Origin: an uncultured Gemmatimonadales bacterium
GTDB lineage: Bacteria; Gemmatimonadota; Gemmatimonadetes; Longimicrobiales; RSA9
Direction of reading: 5' to 3'
Length of the DNA: 64,000 nt
Assembly: GCA_963798845.1 (NCBI GenBank)
Contig: CAWCUS010000003.1
Span: 64,001 to 128,000, forward strand
Shown here: positions 49,018 to 57,720 of the stretch, one piece after another
How the letters are laid out: the number at the start of each line of letters is the position of its first letter
Position numbering within the stretch: the stretch's first letter is position 1
Made by a program: the position numbers and the translations under genes
Notes under the pieces: generated by a model
Told to the model about the DNA's origin: nothing
The model's input: only the letters and a program-made list of their open reading frames with translations
Database searches by the model: none

Positions 49018-49830
49018 TCAGACCGTGTAGTCCGGCGCCGCCAGGTTCTCGCGGTCCACCCGCTCGACGCCGGGCACGCTCCCCGCGACCTCGATCACCG
49101 CGTCCACCAGCGACGGAGGCCGCAGCCGGCCCCGCAGGTACACCGCCCCGTCCTGTGCGCGCAGCCGAACCTCGGCGGAGAACGTCCGCTCGTCCGCCGC
49201 CAGCGCCGCCTGCACGCGGCTCGCCAGACCCAGGTCCGCCATTGCCTTCCGGCTCTCGGACGTCGGCTTGAACCGCGGCGACCGCGACGCCAGTACCACC
49301 AGCGCGACCGCGTCCTCCACCTCCAGCGTACGCAGGTTGATGCACAGGTCGTACAGCCGAGGGTCGAGCCAGTCCACGCCGTACAGGAAGCGCGTCCACT
49401 TCTCCCGCTGCCGGTCCAGCTTCTCGATCCGCTCCTCGGCTTCTTCCTCGCTGAGATCCGAGCGCTCCTGCAGCACTCGGTCCCGGAAGTCCGCCGGCGC
49501 GATCAGCCGCACCCGCACGACGTGCGAAATCCCGGGCAGCAGCAGGTGCCCCGCGTTGCCGTGGTACACCAGACGACCCGCCTGCGCGCGCTCCACCAGC
49601 GCCGCCTGCACGTAGGCGATGTACCGCCGCCGCTCGTGCTGCACCCGGTCCCACAGCCGCGGCGGCTCCAGCAGCGCCTTCCGCAGCGCATCCTCCGAGG
49701 CACCGAAGCGCGTCGCTTCATGCACCACTTCCTCACGGCTCACCACCGTATAGCCGAGCTCGGCAGCCACCGCCTCCGCCAGCTCCTGCCCTCCGCTCCC
49801 AGAGCCCCGGGATATCGTAATGATCGACAT
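49018..49830 (-). CDS. Cytidylate kinase-like family protein with C-terminal BON domain
   Basis: ITISRGSGSGG P-loop-like, YHGNAGH, LYGVDW.DPRLYDLCIN; C-terminal GAVYLRG...VPGVERV. Confidence 0.85.
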   Translation of the reverse strand: MSIITISRGSGSGGQELAEAVAAELGYTVVSREEVVHEATRFGASEDALRKALLEPPRLWDRVQHERRRYIAYVQAALVERAQAGRLVYHGNAGHLLLPGISHVVRVRLIAPADFRDRVLQERSDLSEEEAEERIEKLDRQREKWTRFLYGVDWLDPRLYDLCINLRTLEVEDAVALVVLASRSPRFKPTSESRKAMADLGLASRVQAALAADERTFSAEVRLRAQDGAVYLRGRLRPPSLVDAVIEVAGSVPGVERVDRENLAAPDYTV

Positions 49831-49883
49831 AGCGCTTCGTTGCCGCGGCCTCCCTGCCGGCCCCCGATCGGGGCCGGGCCAAT

Positions 49884-49933
49884 TCGTTCCTGCGTTCACG
49901 AATCACTGTGGCCGCTGCCGCGCCCCGCGTCAA
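49884..49933 (-). promoter_or_regulatory. Promoter with Rex-like box upstream of the cytidylate kinase-like gene
   Basis: Minus strand TTGACG-N17-CACAGT then TCGTGAACGCAGGAACGA (49884-49901). Confidence 0.62.
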
Positions 49934-50370
49934 GACGCGGCAGGCGCGGCGGACAGCAGCTTCTCCACGGCGGCCAGGAGCTGGTCGCGGTCGATGGGCT
50001 TGGGGAAGAAGCCGTCCGGCGGCGGGACGGCGTCGCTCTTCCGGATGAACTTTTCATAGCCGTACGGGTCGCCGCCATAGCCGGTGACGGCGGTGATGAT
50101 GACCACGGGAACTCCGCTGAGGGCGGGGTCGTTCTTCACAGTCCGGTAGAAGCGTGTTCCCGAGGCCCTGGGCATGGAGATGTCCAGGGTGACGAGGTCG
50201 GGCTTGTGGCTGCGCAACATCTCCAGCGCCGCCTCGCCGTCGCCGGCGATGAGCGTCTCGTAGCCGGTGTCGCGGAAAAGCATGTCTAGATAGTCGACGA
50301 CATCCTGCTCGTCATCGACGATGAGGATCTTCCTGGCCGGCCCTTGCGCGGCCTGGTCCGGTGCGGGCAT
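49930..50370 (-). CDS. Stand-alone response regulator receiver protein
   Basis: ILIVDDE, TLDISMP, IITAV, PKP. Confidence 0.9.
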   Translation of the reverse strand: MPAPDQAAQGPARKILIVDDEQDVVDYLDMLFRDTGYETLIAGDGEAALEMLRSHKPDLVTLDISMPRASGTRFYRTVKNDPALSGVPVVIITAVTGYGGDPYGYEKFIRKSDAVPPPDGFFPKPIDRDQLLAAVEKLLSAAPAAS

Positions 50371-50413
50371 GGCTCGCCTCCTTGCTGCGGTATCCAAGCG
50401 ACCCGGTCCGCCG

Positions 50414-50944
50414 TCAGGCGCCGGGCGTGGTGCGTTTCAGCGCCTCCAGGGCGCGTCTGAGGGCGTGGGGCTCCGCCTGGGTGAGCTGGCGGCGCACCTC
50501 GTCCTGGAGGGTGATGCGATCCTCGTCGCCGGGGCTCTCTTCGAGGCCGAGGGCGCGCTGGACGCAGCGGACGTAGTCCAGCGGCTTGACGGGCTTCTCG
50601 AGGTAGACGCCGGGCCCCGATATGACGCGGCTCTCGACAATGTCCTCGAGCTCGGCGCGTCCGAGCTCATCGCGGGCGTGGGCGGTGACGATGAGGACGG
50701 GGATGCGGGAGAGCGCGTGGTCCTTTCGGAGCTCGTAGAGGAGCTTGTGGCCGCTCTTCCCGGGCATGACGAGGTCGAGGGAAATGAAGTCGGGTGGCTG
50801 CTGGCGGATGAGGTCGAGGGCCTCGTCGCCGTCCGAGGCGGTTCGGACCTGAAATCCTGCGTCCCTCAGGATCTGAGCGAGGTAATCGCGGACGTCCGGC
50901 TCATCATCCACCACCAGCACGGTCCTGTCCTGTGGCCGCTCCAT
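50414..50944 (-). CDS. Response regulator receiver protein with C-terminal helical extension
   Basis: VLVVDDEP, SLDLVMP, IVTAH, LEKP. Confidence 0.9.
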   Translation of the reverse strand: MERPQDRTVLVVDDEPDVRDYLAQILRDAGFQVRTASDGDEALDLIRQQPPDFISLDLVMPGKSGHKLLYELRKDHALSRIPVLIVTAHARDELGRAELEDIVESRVISGPGVYLEKPVKPLDYVRCVQRALGLEESPGDEDRITLQDEVRRQLTQAEPHALRRALEALKRTTPGA

Positions 50945-50948
50945 GGCG

Positions 50949-52088
50949 TCATCCCTTCGTGTGGTTCTGCCCGTCGGCCCCGTCGGCCTGTTCGGCGGCC
51001 GCGGAGGTGGGCAGCGTGTTGCGAGGCAGCTCGATCCGGAACACCGATCCTTCTCCCTCGTGAGAGGTGAAGGAGATCCGACCCCCGTGCTGGTGCACGA
51101 GGCGGCGTGTGGTCAGGAGCCCGAGGCCGGTGCCACGGTCCGAGCCTTTCGTCGTGAAGAACTTGGAAAACACCTTCCGGCTCAGCTCGTAGTCCATGCC
51201 CTTGCCGTTGTCCGCCACCTCGTAGACCAGGACGCCGTCGTTCTCGGAGACGGTCACGCGGACCACGAACTCGCGGTCCTTGTCGGCCACGGTGCACGCG
51301 TCGATGGCGTTGGAAACCAGGTTGGCCAGGGACGTATGGATCCCGGCCTCGTCCAGCAGCGCCGGGGCGATGCCGTCCTGCGGCTCGAAGTCGAGGCGGA
51401 TGCCGGCGCGGGCGGCACCATCGCGGAACAGATCGACAGCGTTCCTCGCCGGCAGTACCGGGTCGGTGAGGGCGACCACGGCGGGGCGTCCCTTGGCGAA
51501 GTCCAGGAACTCCTTCATGAAGGCGGAGATCCGGTTGACGTTCTGCTCCAGGGTGGTCCAGCCGCGGGCGATGCGCTCGTCGTCGCCGAGCTGGATACCG
51601 GTGTTCACGGCATACATGCCGCCTTCCAGGCCCATGAGGATGTTCTTCACCCCGTGGGCGACGCCGGCCACGGTCTCGCCCACGGCGGCGAGGCGCTCGG
51701 CTTCCCGCTTCTCCCGCTCGAGGCGCTTCACGACGGAGATGTCGGTGGACATCTCAATGACGTAGGGGATGTCGCCGTTGGGTCGGACCAGGGGGACCAT
51801 ATGGACCAGGTAGTCGATCTCCCGGCCATTTCCCATCACGCCCTCCTCCTCCTGCTCCCGGATGGAGCCGTCCGCGAAGGTGGCCAGGGCGGCGCACCGA
51901 AGGCAGGGCTCGTCGCGCCCCTTGTAGACCTGGTAGCAGGGCCGCCCCTGCCAGTCCCCGAACTCCGACTCGAAAGCCAGGTTCGCGTCCACGATCCCGT
52001 AATTGCGCCCGATGACGCTGATGGCGACGGGCACCTCGTCGTAGAGGTGCGTGTGGAGCCAGTCCCGGATCTCGTCCGTGTCCATCAT
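50949..52088 (-). CDS. Cytoplasmic PAS sensor histidine kinase
   Basis: PAS with CYQVYKGRDEPCLRC; AHGVKNIL H-box, NAIDAC, DNGKGM, FFTTKG, GTGLGL; overlaps upstream stop. Confidence 0.92.
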   Translation of the reverse strand: MMDTDEIRDWLHTHLYDEVPVAISVIGRNYGIVDANLAFESEFGDWQGRPCYQVYKGRDEPCLRCAALATFADGSIREQEEEGVMGNGREIDYLVHMVPLVRPNGDIPYVIEMSTDISVVKRLEREKREAERLAAVGETVAGVAHGVKNILMGLEGGMYAVNTGIQLGDDERIARGWTTLEQNVNRISAFMKEFLDFAKGRPAVVALTDPVLPARNAVDLFRDGAARAGIRLDFEPQDGIAPALLDEAGIHTSLANLVSNAIDACTVADKDREFVVRVTVSENDGVLVYEVADNGKGMDYELSRKVFSKFFTTKGSDRGTGLGLLTTRRLVHQHGGRISFTSHEGEGSVFRIELPRNTLPTSAAAEQADGADGQNHTKG

Positions 52089-54193
52089 GGCAGCGATCCT
52101 CCTTCCGTGCCGGGCTGCCGCTCGCGCGTGGCGGCGCGTGCCACGTCCGTGGCTGTCGGGCCGGGCGAGCGCAGGGGCGTGGATGCGGCTGTGGTCCGGG
52201 CGGGCTCGAGCTGCTGGAGGGCGCCGGAACGGTCCGCGTCGTGGCACGTTTCGCAGCGTGCCAGATTCTCGGGATGCTCCCCCGGCTCCGAGCGCAGGGC
52301 CTCCTCGTGGCACGCGATGCACACGCCGTGCATGGCGTCCATGTAGCCCGGGGCGGCGCGCCACCGCTCCTGCGCCGCCGGGATGATCGCGCTCTGCCCC
52401 GCGTCGCGAGCGTGGCACTCCATGCACGCCGTCGACGTGGCGTAGGTCCTGGTCGCGATGCCCGGGGCGTGGCACTGCTGGCAGCCGTCGTTCCCTGCCA
52501 GCGCCTCCACGTGCGACGCATGGTCGAAGACGGCGGTGCTGTCGTACATGTCCCGGTGGCACGCGCCACAGCGGCTCGCTTCCTCGAGCGGGAGATTCAG
52601 GTGATGGCAGGTTCCGCAGCCGTCGTCGCCGCCAGCGCGCTCCACGTGGGCGTCGTGGTCGAACAGGACGGCGTTGCGGTCCCGACCCCCATCGATGAGC
52701 AGCAGCACGGCCTCGCCCGGATCCATCATCCCCGGTCCACCCGTGCCGCCAGCCGCCTCCGTTTCACCCGCTCCGCCGGGGACGTTCGATGCCGGCGATA
52801 CCGCGTGCGCGTGCAGCGTCTCGCTCGCGGCGCCGGCCAGCGCCAGCAGCCTCGCCTGCCCCGGCCGCTCCGAAATGGTCCCGGCCACGGAGCGCGCGTC
52901 CGCCACGGGTACCGGGCGCGGGCGCGCCCCCGAAAGCGGAAGGAACAGGAGCGCGATCACGAAGCCGGCGAGCGCCATCCCGCTGTTCAGGTGGGGGCCC
53001 GCGAGGCGCGGCGGGAGGAGCCCGTGCACGGTGGTGGGCTCGAAGCTCCGAGGCCTGGCGCGGACGGTGTCGGCGGAAACGTCGTCGTACACGCGCAGGT
53101 GCTCGACGAAGAAGATGAAGACCAGCATGAACGCCGACACGATCCCGACGCTCACGGCGAGCTCTTCCCAGCTGGGGAAGTACGGCATGTCCGCAGGCCT
53201 CGCGAACGCCACGACGGAAACGTCCAGCCGGTACAGGATCATGCCGGCCACGGTCATGGCGCCCGCCACGCCCACGCCGCGGATGCTGTTCCGGACCCGC
53301 GGGATGGCCATGAGCACCACGGGGATCCCGGCACTGAGGGCGAGCTCGGCCACGAACAGCACCCCGTGCCAGGACGGCTGAAGCGCACTGACCAGCACGC
53401 CGCGGGCCGCCAGGTCGCCCAGCCGCAGGGCCAGGTACAGCGTGAGCACCACGGCCGCCGCGGCGCCCAGGCCGGACATCTGGCGCCGGTGAAGCGCGTG
53501 GCCGAGGAACCGGTGGGCGAACATGGACTCTGTCACCACCATCGACAGACCCAGAGCTACGGCGGAGACGAAGAAGAGCACGTAGATGATCGGCGAGTAC
53601 CAGAGCGGGTGCAGCCGGTAGGGCGTGATCAGGAAGAGGGAGCCCAGCGACGACTGGTGCAGCGTGGAAAGCATGATCCCCAGGATGACCAGCGGGATCG
53701 TCACCTTCCGGAGCGCGGCCAGAGTCGTGCGGAACGGCCGCCAGCGGAAGAGGGGGTGCTCCAGGATCGCGGGAGCGAACTCCAGCGCCAGGACGGTCAG
53801 GTAGAGCATGACGCACATGGCGACTTCGAACAGCACGGAGTGGTGCTGCCAGTGGAACAGCGGGTGCCAGATGCGCCAGGGGAGACCGAGGTCGTAGAGG
53901 AGCCCCACCGCCACGGCCGCGTAGCCGAGGAACGCCGTGAGCACCGCGGGGCGCGCGAAGGCGTGGTAGCGCTCCAGGTGGAAGATGTACACGGTGGCGG
54001 CCATGACGAACCCGCCAGCCGCCAGCGCAACGCCGGACATGACGTCGAAGCCGATCCAGAGGCCCCACGGGGTCGCGTCGGACAGGTGGGTCACCGCCCC
54101 GAGCCCCCGGGTGTAGCGCACCATGCTGACGGCGACGAGCACGCCGACCAGCGTCCACAATACCAGCTTCAGCCGCACCAGCCGCTCACGCAT
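52085..54193 (-). CDS. NrfD/HybB/HmcC-type membrane subunit fused to a class III (c3-like) hexaheme cytochrome
   Basis: PWGLWIGFDVMSGVALAAGGF, DLGLPWRIWHP, STLHQSSLG; extra TM; two FDHxxH plus six CxxCH (CGTCH, CGACH, CQQCH, CMECH, CIACH, CETCH). Confidence 0.9.
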   Translation of the reverse strand: MRERLVRLKLVLWTLVGVLVAVSMVRYTRGLGAVTHLSDATPWGLWIGFDVMSGVALAAGGFVMAATVYIFHLERYHAFARPAVLTAFLGYAAVAVGLLYDLGLPWRIWHPLFHWQHHSVLFEVAMCVMLYLTVLALEFAPAILEHPLFRWRPFRTTLAALRKVTIPLVILGIMLSTLHQSSLGSLFLITPYRLHPLWYSPIIYVLFFVSAVALGLSMVVTESMFAHRFLGHALHRRQMSGLGAAAAVVLTLYLALRLGDLAARGVLVSALQPSWHGVLFVAELALSAGIPVVLMAIPRVRNSIRGVGVAGAMTVAGMILYRLDVSVVAFARPADMPYFPSWEELAVSVGIVSAFMLVFIFFVEHLRVYDDVSADTVRARPRSFEPTTVHGLLPPRLAGPHLNSGMALAGFVIALLFLPLSGARPRPVPVADARSVAGTISERPGQARLLALAGAASETLHAHAVSPASNVPGGAGETEAAGGTGGPGMMDPGEAVLLLIDGGRDRNAVLFDHDAHVERAGGDDGCGTCHHLNLPLEEASRCGACHRDMYDSTAVFDHASHVEALAGNDGCQQCHAPGIATRTYATSTACMECHARDAGQSAIIPAAQERWRAAPGYMDAMHGVCIACHEEALRSEPGEHPENLARCETCHDADRSGALQQLEPARTTAASTPLRSPGPTATDVARAATRERQPGTEGGSLP

Positions 54194-55076
54194 TGGGACC
54201 TCCATCGGTCTCTGGCGACGGGGGCGACGCCGGCGCACCGCCGCGATCCACCTCGGTCGCGTCCTCCGCTCCCACCTCCGCCACGCCGACCGGGTCGACT
54301 CCGGCCACCGGGATGCCCGCCGCCGTCGCGTCCATGGCCAGACGCATGCGCCGCTGGATTACCCAGTAGATCCCCGTCATCAGCGTCCCCATGCCCAGGA
54401 ACACACCGGGCACCTTGTCGAGGGAAGCCCAGGAGAGGAGCGGCAGGGAGCCATCGCCCACGTGCCCTCCCCAACCGAGGAAGCCCAGCGACGCGTCCGA
54501 GATGTAGAGCACCGAGGTGCCGCCCACTTCCGTCTCGCCCCACACGTGGTCGAGGTAGCGGTGCGGATGCGCGGCGACCCGGGCGTGTGCTTCCCGCAGC
54601 AGGTCGTCGCGGGTGCCGAAGAGCAGCGCCTCCTCGGGGCACGCCTCCACACACGCCGGCTGCTTCCCTTCCTTCAGTCGCGGATAGCACATCTCGCACT
54701 TCCGCACGTACGGCACTGCCTCGTCCCAGTCGTAGCGCGGGATGCCGTACGGGCATGCCACCATGCAGTAGCGGCAGCCTATGCAGAGGGAGGAGTCATA
54801 GAGCACCGGCCCTTCCGGCGACTTCTGCATGGCCCCCACGAGGCACGCGCTCACGCACGCCGGCTCGAGGCAGTGACGGCACTGCTGCTTGACGTACAGG
54901 TCACCCGGACGTCGAAGCACGGTGGAGAAGCGGCGGGCGGAAAGGTCGTCCACCGCCTGCTGCCCGGGCCCCATGCCGTCCGGCGGAAGATCGTTCACGT
55001 CCTTGCACGCCAGCACGCACGACTCGCAGCCGACGCAACGTGTGGTGTCCACCAGAATGGCAGGCGAGCGGATCAT
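54186..55076 (-). CDS. HybA/HmcB-type 4x[4Fe-4S] protein with C-terminal TM anchor
   Basis: CVGCESCVLAC, CRHCLEPACVSAC, CIGCRYCMVACP, CEMC...PACVEACP, GETEVGGTSVLY. Confidence 0.9.
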   Translation of the reverse strand: MIRSPAILVDTTRCVGCESCVLACKDVNDLPPDGMGPGQQAVDDLSARRFSTVLRRPGDLYVKQQCRHCLEPACVSACLVGAMQKSPEGPVLYDSSLCIGCRYCMVACPYGIPRYDWDEAVPYVRKCEMCYPRLKEGKQPACVEACPEEALLFGTRDDLLREAHARVAAHPHRYLDHVWGETEVGGTSVLYISDASLGFLGWGGHVGDGSLPLLSWASLDKVPGVFLGMGTLMTGIYWVIQRRMRLAMDATAAGIPVAGVDPVGVAEVGAEDATEVDRGGAPASPPSPETDGGPNA

Positions 55077-55774
55077 ATCGGTTCACCCTCCTTCCCCAGC
55101 GCTGCGGCGACGCGGGTCCCGGCATCCGGGGGCCAGTGCCAGGCCGCTTCGGACACCAGCTGGGCCAGGGGCAGCAGGAGCATGTGGCTGAGCTTGCTGA
55201 GCGGGACGAGCAGGAAGAGCAGGTCCCCGGCGAGCACGTGAGCGAGAAAGACCGGCTGGAACGCGAAGGGGTTCCAGGCGGGGTGCATGGTCATGAAGCC
55301 TGTGACGAACGTGACGCCGATCATGACCGGGAGCGCATAGTCCTGGAAGCGCCCCAGCGCGCGGGCGGCTCGGATCGTCGCCCGCTGGATGATGACGGCG
55401 AGGGCGGCGAGCACCACGGCCACGGTGAGAGCCGTGGCCACGGCGTTCGGCAGTGCGGGCCAGGACAGGCCGATGGCCCGGTCCCAGAGCGCGATGTGGC
55501 CGGCCAGGAAGAGCGGCACGAGGATCACCGCCACATGAAAGACCATGGTGGTGACGCTGTACGGCCACCGCCGCAACAGCCGGCGGGCGGGGAAGAGCCA
55601 GCCGGCCGTGGTCGCCGCCACCTTGCGGACGGGGAGGTTCTTGTCACCTGCCAGGCGACGCACACGGGCCAGCTCCCACGCCACCAGGGCGAGCTCCCGG
55701 AGCAGCCCCAGGACCATGAACGCCAGCGCCGCCCAGAAGAGCGGACCGCGGGCCCAGCTCAGCCATTCCTGCAT
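55073..55774 (-). CDS. NarI-like b-type cytochrome membrane subunit (HmcE-like)
   Basis: ARGPLFW, FHVAVILVPLFLAGH, AHVLAG, PLSKLSH heme b His pattern. Confidence 0.85.
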   Translation of the reverse strand: MQEWLSWARGPLFWAALAFMVLGLLRELALVAWELARVRRLAGDKNLPVRKVAATTAGWLFPARRLLRRWPYSVTTMVFHVAVILVPLFLAGHIALWDRAIGLSWPALPNAVATALTVAVVLAALAVIIQRATIRAARALGRFQDYALPVMIGVTFVTGFMTMHPAWNPFAFQPVFLAHVLAGDLLFLLVPLSKLSHMLLLPLAQLVSEAAWHWPPDAGTRVAAALGKEGEPI

Positions 55775-55777
55775 GGG

Positions 55778-57166
55778 TCAGCCCTCCCCGTTGCCGTGGC
55801 CGTTGCCGTCGCGGCCGCCGAAGTCGATGACGCGGAGCAGGAGGTCGTGCAGACCCACCACCTCCACCTCGTCCAGGCCGTTGTCCTGGCACAGCTCCCG
55901 GAGCTGCTTCTTGCAGTTGGCGCACGGCGCCACCACGTACTTCGCACCCGTCTCCCGGATCTGGTCCGCCTTGCGCTTGCCCAGCGGCCCCGTGCGGAAG
56001 GCCCGGATCTCGTCGATGGAGACGGTCCCGCCCCCACCACCGCAGCAGTAGTTTCGGGTCCGGTTTGGCGTCATCTCGGCGTAGTCCGCGCAGATCGCGG
56101 CAAGGATCTCCCGCGGCTGCTCCGTGATGCGCCCCACCCGGGCGATGTTGCAGGGGTCGTGATAGGTGACCCGCTCCAGGATCTTCTCGTCCTTCAGCGG
56201 GATCCTGCCGGCTTCCAGCTGCTGGTGCGTGTACTCCATGCAGTTCACCACCTGCGGCGCGTCCGGCCCGCAGAAGGTCGGGACGAACCAGGCCGAGCGG
56301 GTGGCGTGGCCGCACTCCCCGACCATGATCTTCTTCGCCCCCAGCCGCTCCGCCTCCGCCACCACGTTCCGGACGATGCGCTCCATTATCCGGTCGCTGT
56401 AGAACAGGCCGTAGTTGATCCCGTCGTAGTTGTGCGTCCCGATGGTCCAGGAGCCCCCGGTGACATGCATCACGGCCGCGTTCCCCATGAGCGTGTCCGC
56501 TTCCATGATGAAGTCGGAGACGGCGGGGAAGAACGCGAACTCGGCCCCCTCCACGTCGAACGGGTACTTCACGTCCACACCGTAGATGTCGTGGAGCTCC
56601 TCCTCCAGGAACTCGCACGTGTCCTTCAGCGCCGGGAGCGGAATCGCCGACGTGTTCCCCGTCTTTCCGTCCAGCTGCTCGCGCACGGACACGAGCAGGG
56701 CTCGCGGGATGATCCCCACCTCGGCCAGGACCCAGCGCGCCAGGTGCGTGACCAGCCCGTGGTCCAGCCCCATGGGGCAGCTGTCCTTGCACCGGCGGCA
56801 CGCCGTGCAGCGATAGTAGTCCTCCGCCATCCGGTCGATGTACTCGTCCGTGAGCGTGAAGCCACCCCCCAGGCGCGCCTTCAGGATCCCCCACGACGTG
56901 AAGTAGCGGCGGTACACCCGCAGCAGCAGCTCCGAGCGCTCGCAAGGGATGTCACGGTCCTCGCCCGTCGCCTCGTAGAGCTGGCACTCCGCCGCGCACC
57001 GACCGCAACGGGCACTCAACCGCGCGTAAGTCTCCAGCGCCACCTGGTAGCTCCCGTGCTCCAGGATCGCCGAGAACGCCTCAAGGAACCGCCGCGGACG
57101 CTCCGTCAGCCCCAGCGCCCGCTGCTCCACGTGATAGCTGTACTTCGTCGGTGTCGGCACCTTCAC
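55778..57166 (-). CDS. HdrD-like Fe-S/CCG-domain oxidoreductase (HmcF/TmcB-like)
   Basis: CTACRRCKDSCP, GECGH, TYHDPCNIAR, NYCCGGGGG, APCANCKKQ. Confidence 0.88.
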   Translation of the reverse strand: MKVPTPTKYSYHVEQRALGLTERPRRFLEAFSAILEHGSYQVALETYARLSARCGRCAAECQLYEATGEDRDIPCERSELLLRVYRRYFTSWGILKARLGGGFTLTDEYIDRMAEDYYRCTACRRCKDSCPMGLDHGLVTHLARWVLAEVGIIPRALLVSVREQLDGKTGNTSAIPLPALKDTCEFLEEELHDIYGVDVKYPFDVEGAEFAFFPAVSDFIMEADTLMGNAAVMHVTGGSWTIGTHNYDGINYGLFYSDRIMERIVRNVVAEAERLGAKKIMVGECGHATRSAWFVPTFCGPDAPQVVNCMEYTHQQLEAGRIPLKDEKILERVTYHDPCNIARVGRITEQPREILAAICADYAEMTPNRTRNYCCGGGGGTVSIDEIRAFRTGPLGKRKADQIRETGAKYVVAPCANCKKQLRELCQDNGLDEVEVVGLHDLLLRVIDFGGRDGNGHGNGEG

Positions 57167-57181
57167 CGCTCCATGATCGGG

Positions 57182-57532
57182 TCAGCCCCGTGACGGCGGC
57201 GCTTCGGCCCGCGGCATCTCCATGCCCGGCACCAGCTGCCCCCGGATGTACATTTCGAGCAGATCCTCCACGCGCCCCGCCACCCACGAGATCACCTGGA
57301 ACCCACTCGCCCGCACCAGCTCCTCGTAGTGGCCTTCCATCCCGCCGCAAATCAGCGTGTCCACTTCCTGGTCCCGCAGCAGACGCACACGGTCGAACGG
57401 GTCCCGACTGCGCAGCGGGAAGTCCGTCTGGTCCACGACGCCAAGTCCCGAGACGGTGAACACCGCCATCGTGGCGCAGTACTCGAAGCACGGCGCCACC
57501 GTCTCACCCATCCTCGGAATCGCGATCTTCAT
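57182..57532 (-). CDS. NifB/NifX-family (MTH1175/ORP-like) small protein
   Basis: MKIAIP...VAPCFE, VDTLICGGM, GFQVI pattern; GGGAGG RBS. Confidence 0.8.
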   Translation of the reverse strand: MKIAIPRMGETVAPCFEYCATMAVFTVSGLGVVDQTDFPLRSRDPFDRVRLLRDQEVDTLICGGMEGHYEELVRASGFQVISWVAGRVEDLLEMYIRGQLVPGMEMPRAEAPPSRG

Positions 57533-57568
57533 GGTTGCAGGCCTCCCGATGCCTGCCCCGATCCAGGG

Positions 57569-57720
57569 GCAAGCGCCGGACCCGCTGCGGCACGGGCGGG
57601 GAAAATATCGTTAAGTAGTTGGGATACAGCGCGTTGGCGGCACGCCTGTGATCCGGGATGGGGCGCGGCTGCGCGGCCTTTGGTGCAACAGTGGAATGAT
57701 CGGTTGTTTCAGGTGTTACA
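57569..57720 (-). promoter_or_regulatory. sigma54 promoter module: -24/-12 element, IHF-like site and activator UAS
   Basis: Minus strand GGGTCCGGCGCTTGC (GG-N10-GC, 57569-57583); TCCCAACTACTTA IHF-like (about 57612-57625); TGTTTCAGGTGTTACA palindromic TGT-N10-ACA (57705-57720). Confidence 0.7.
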
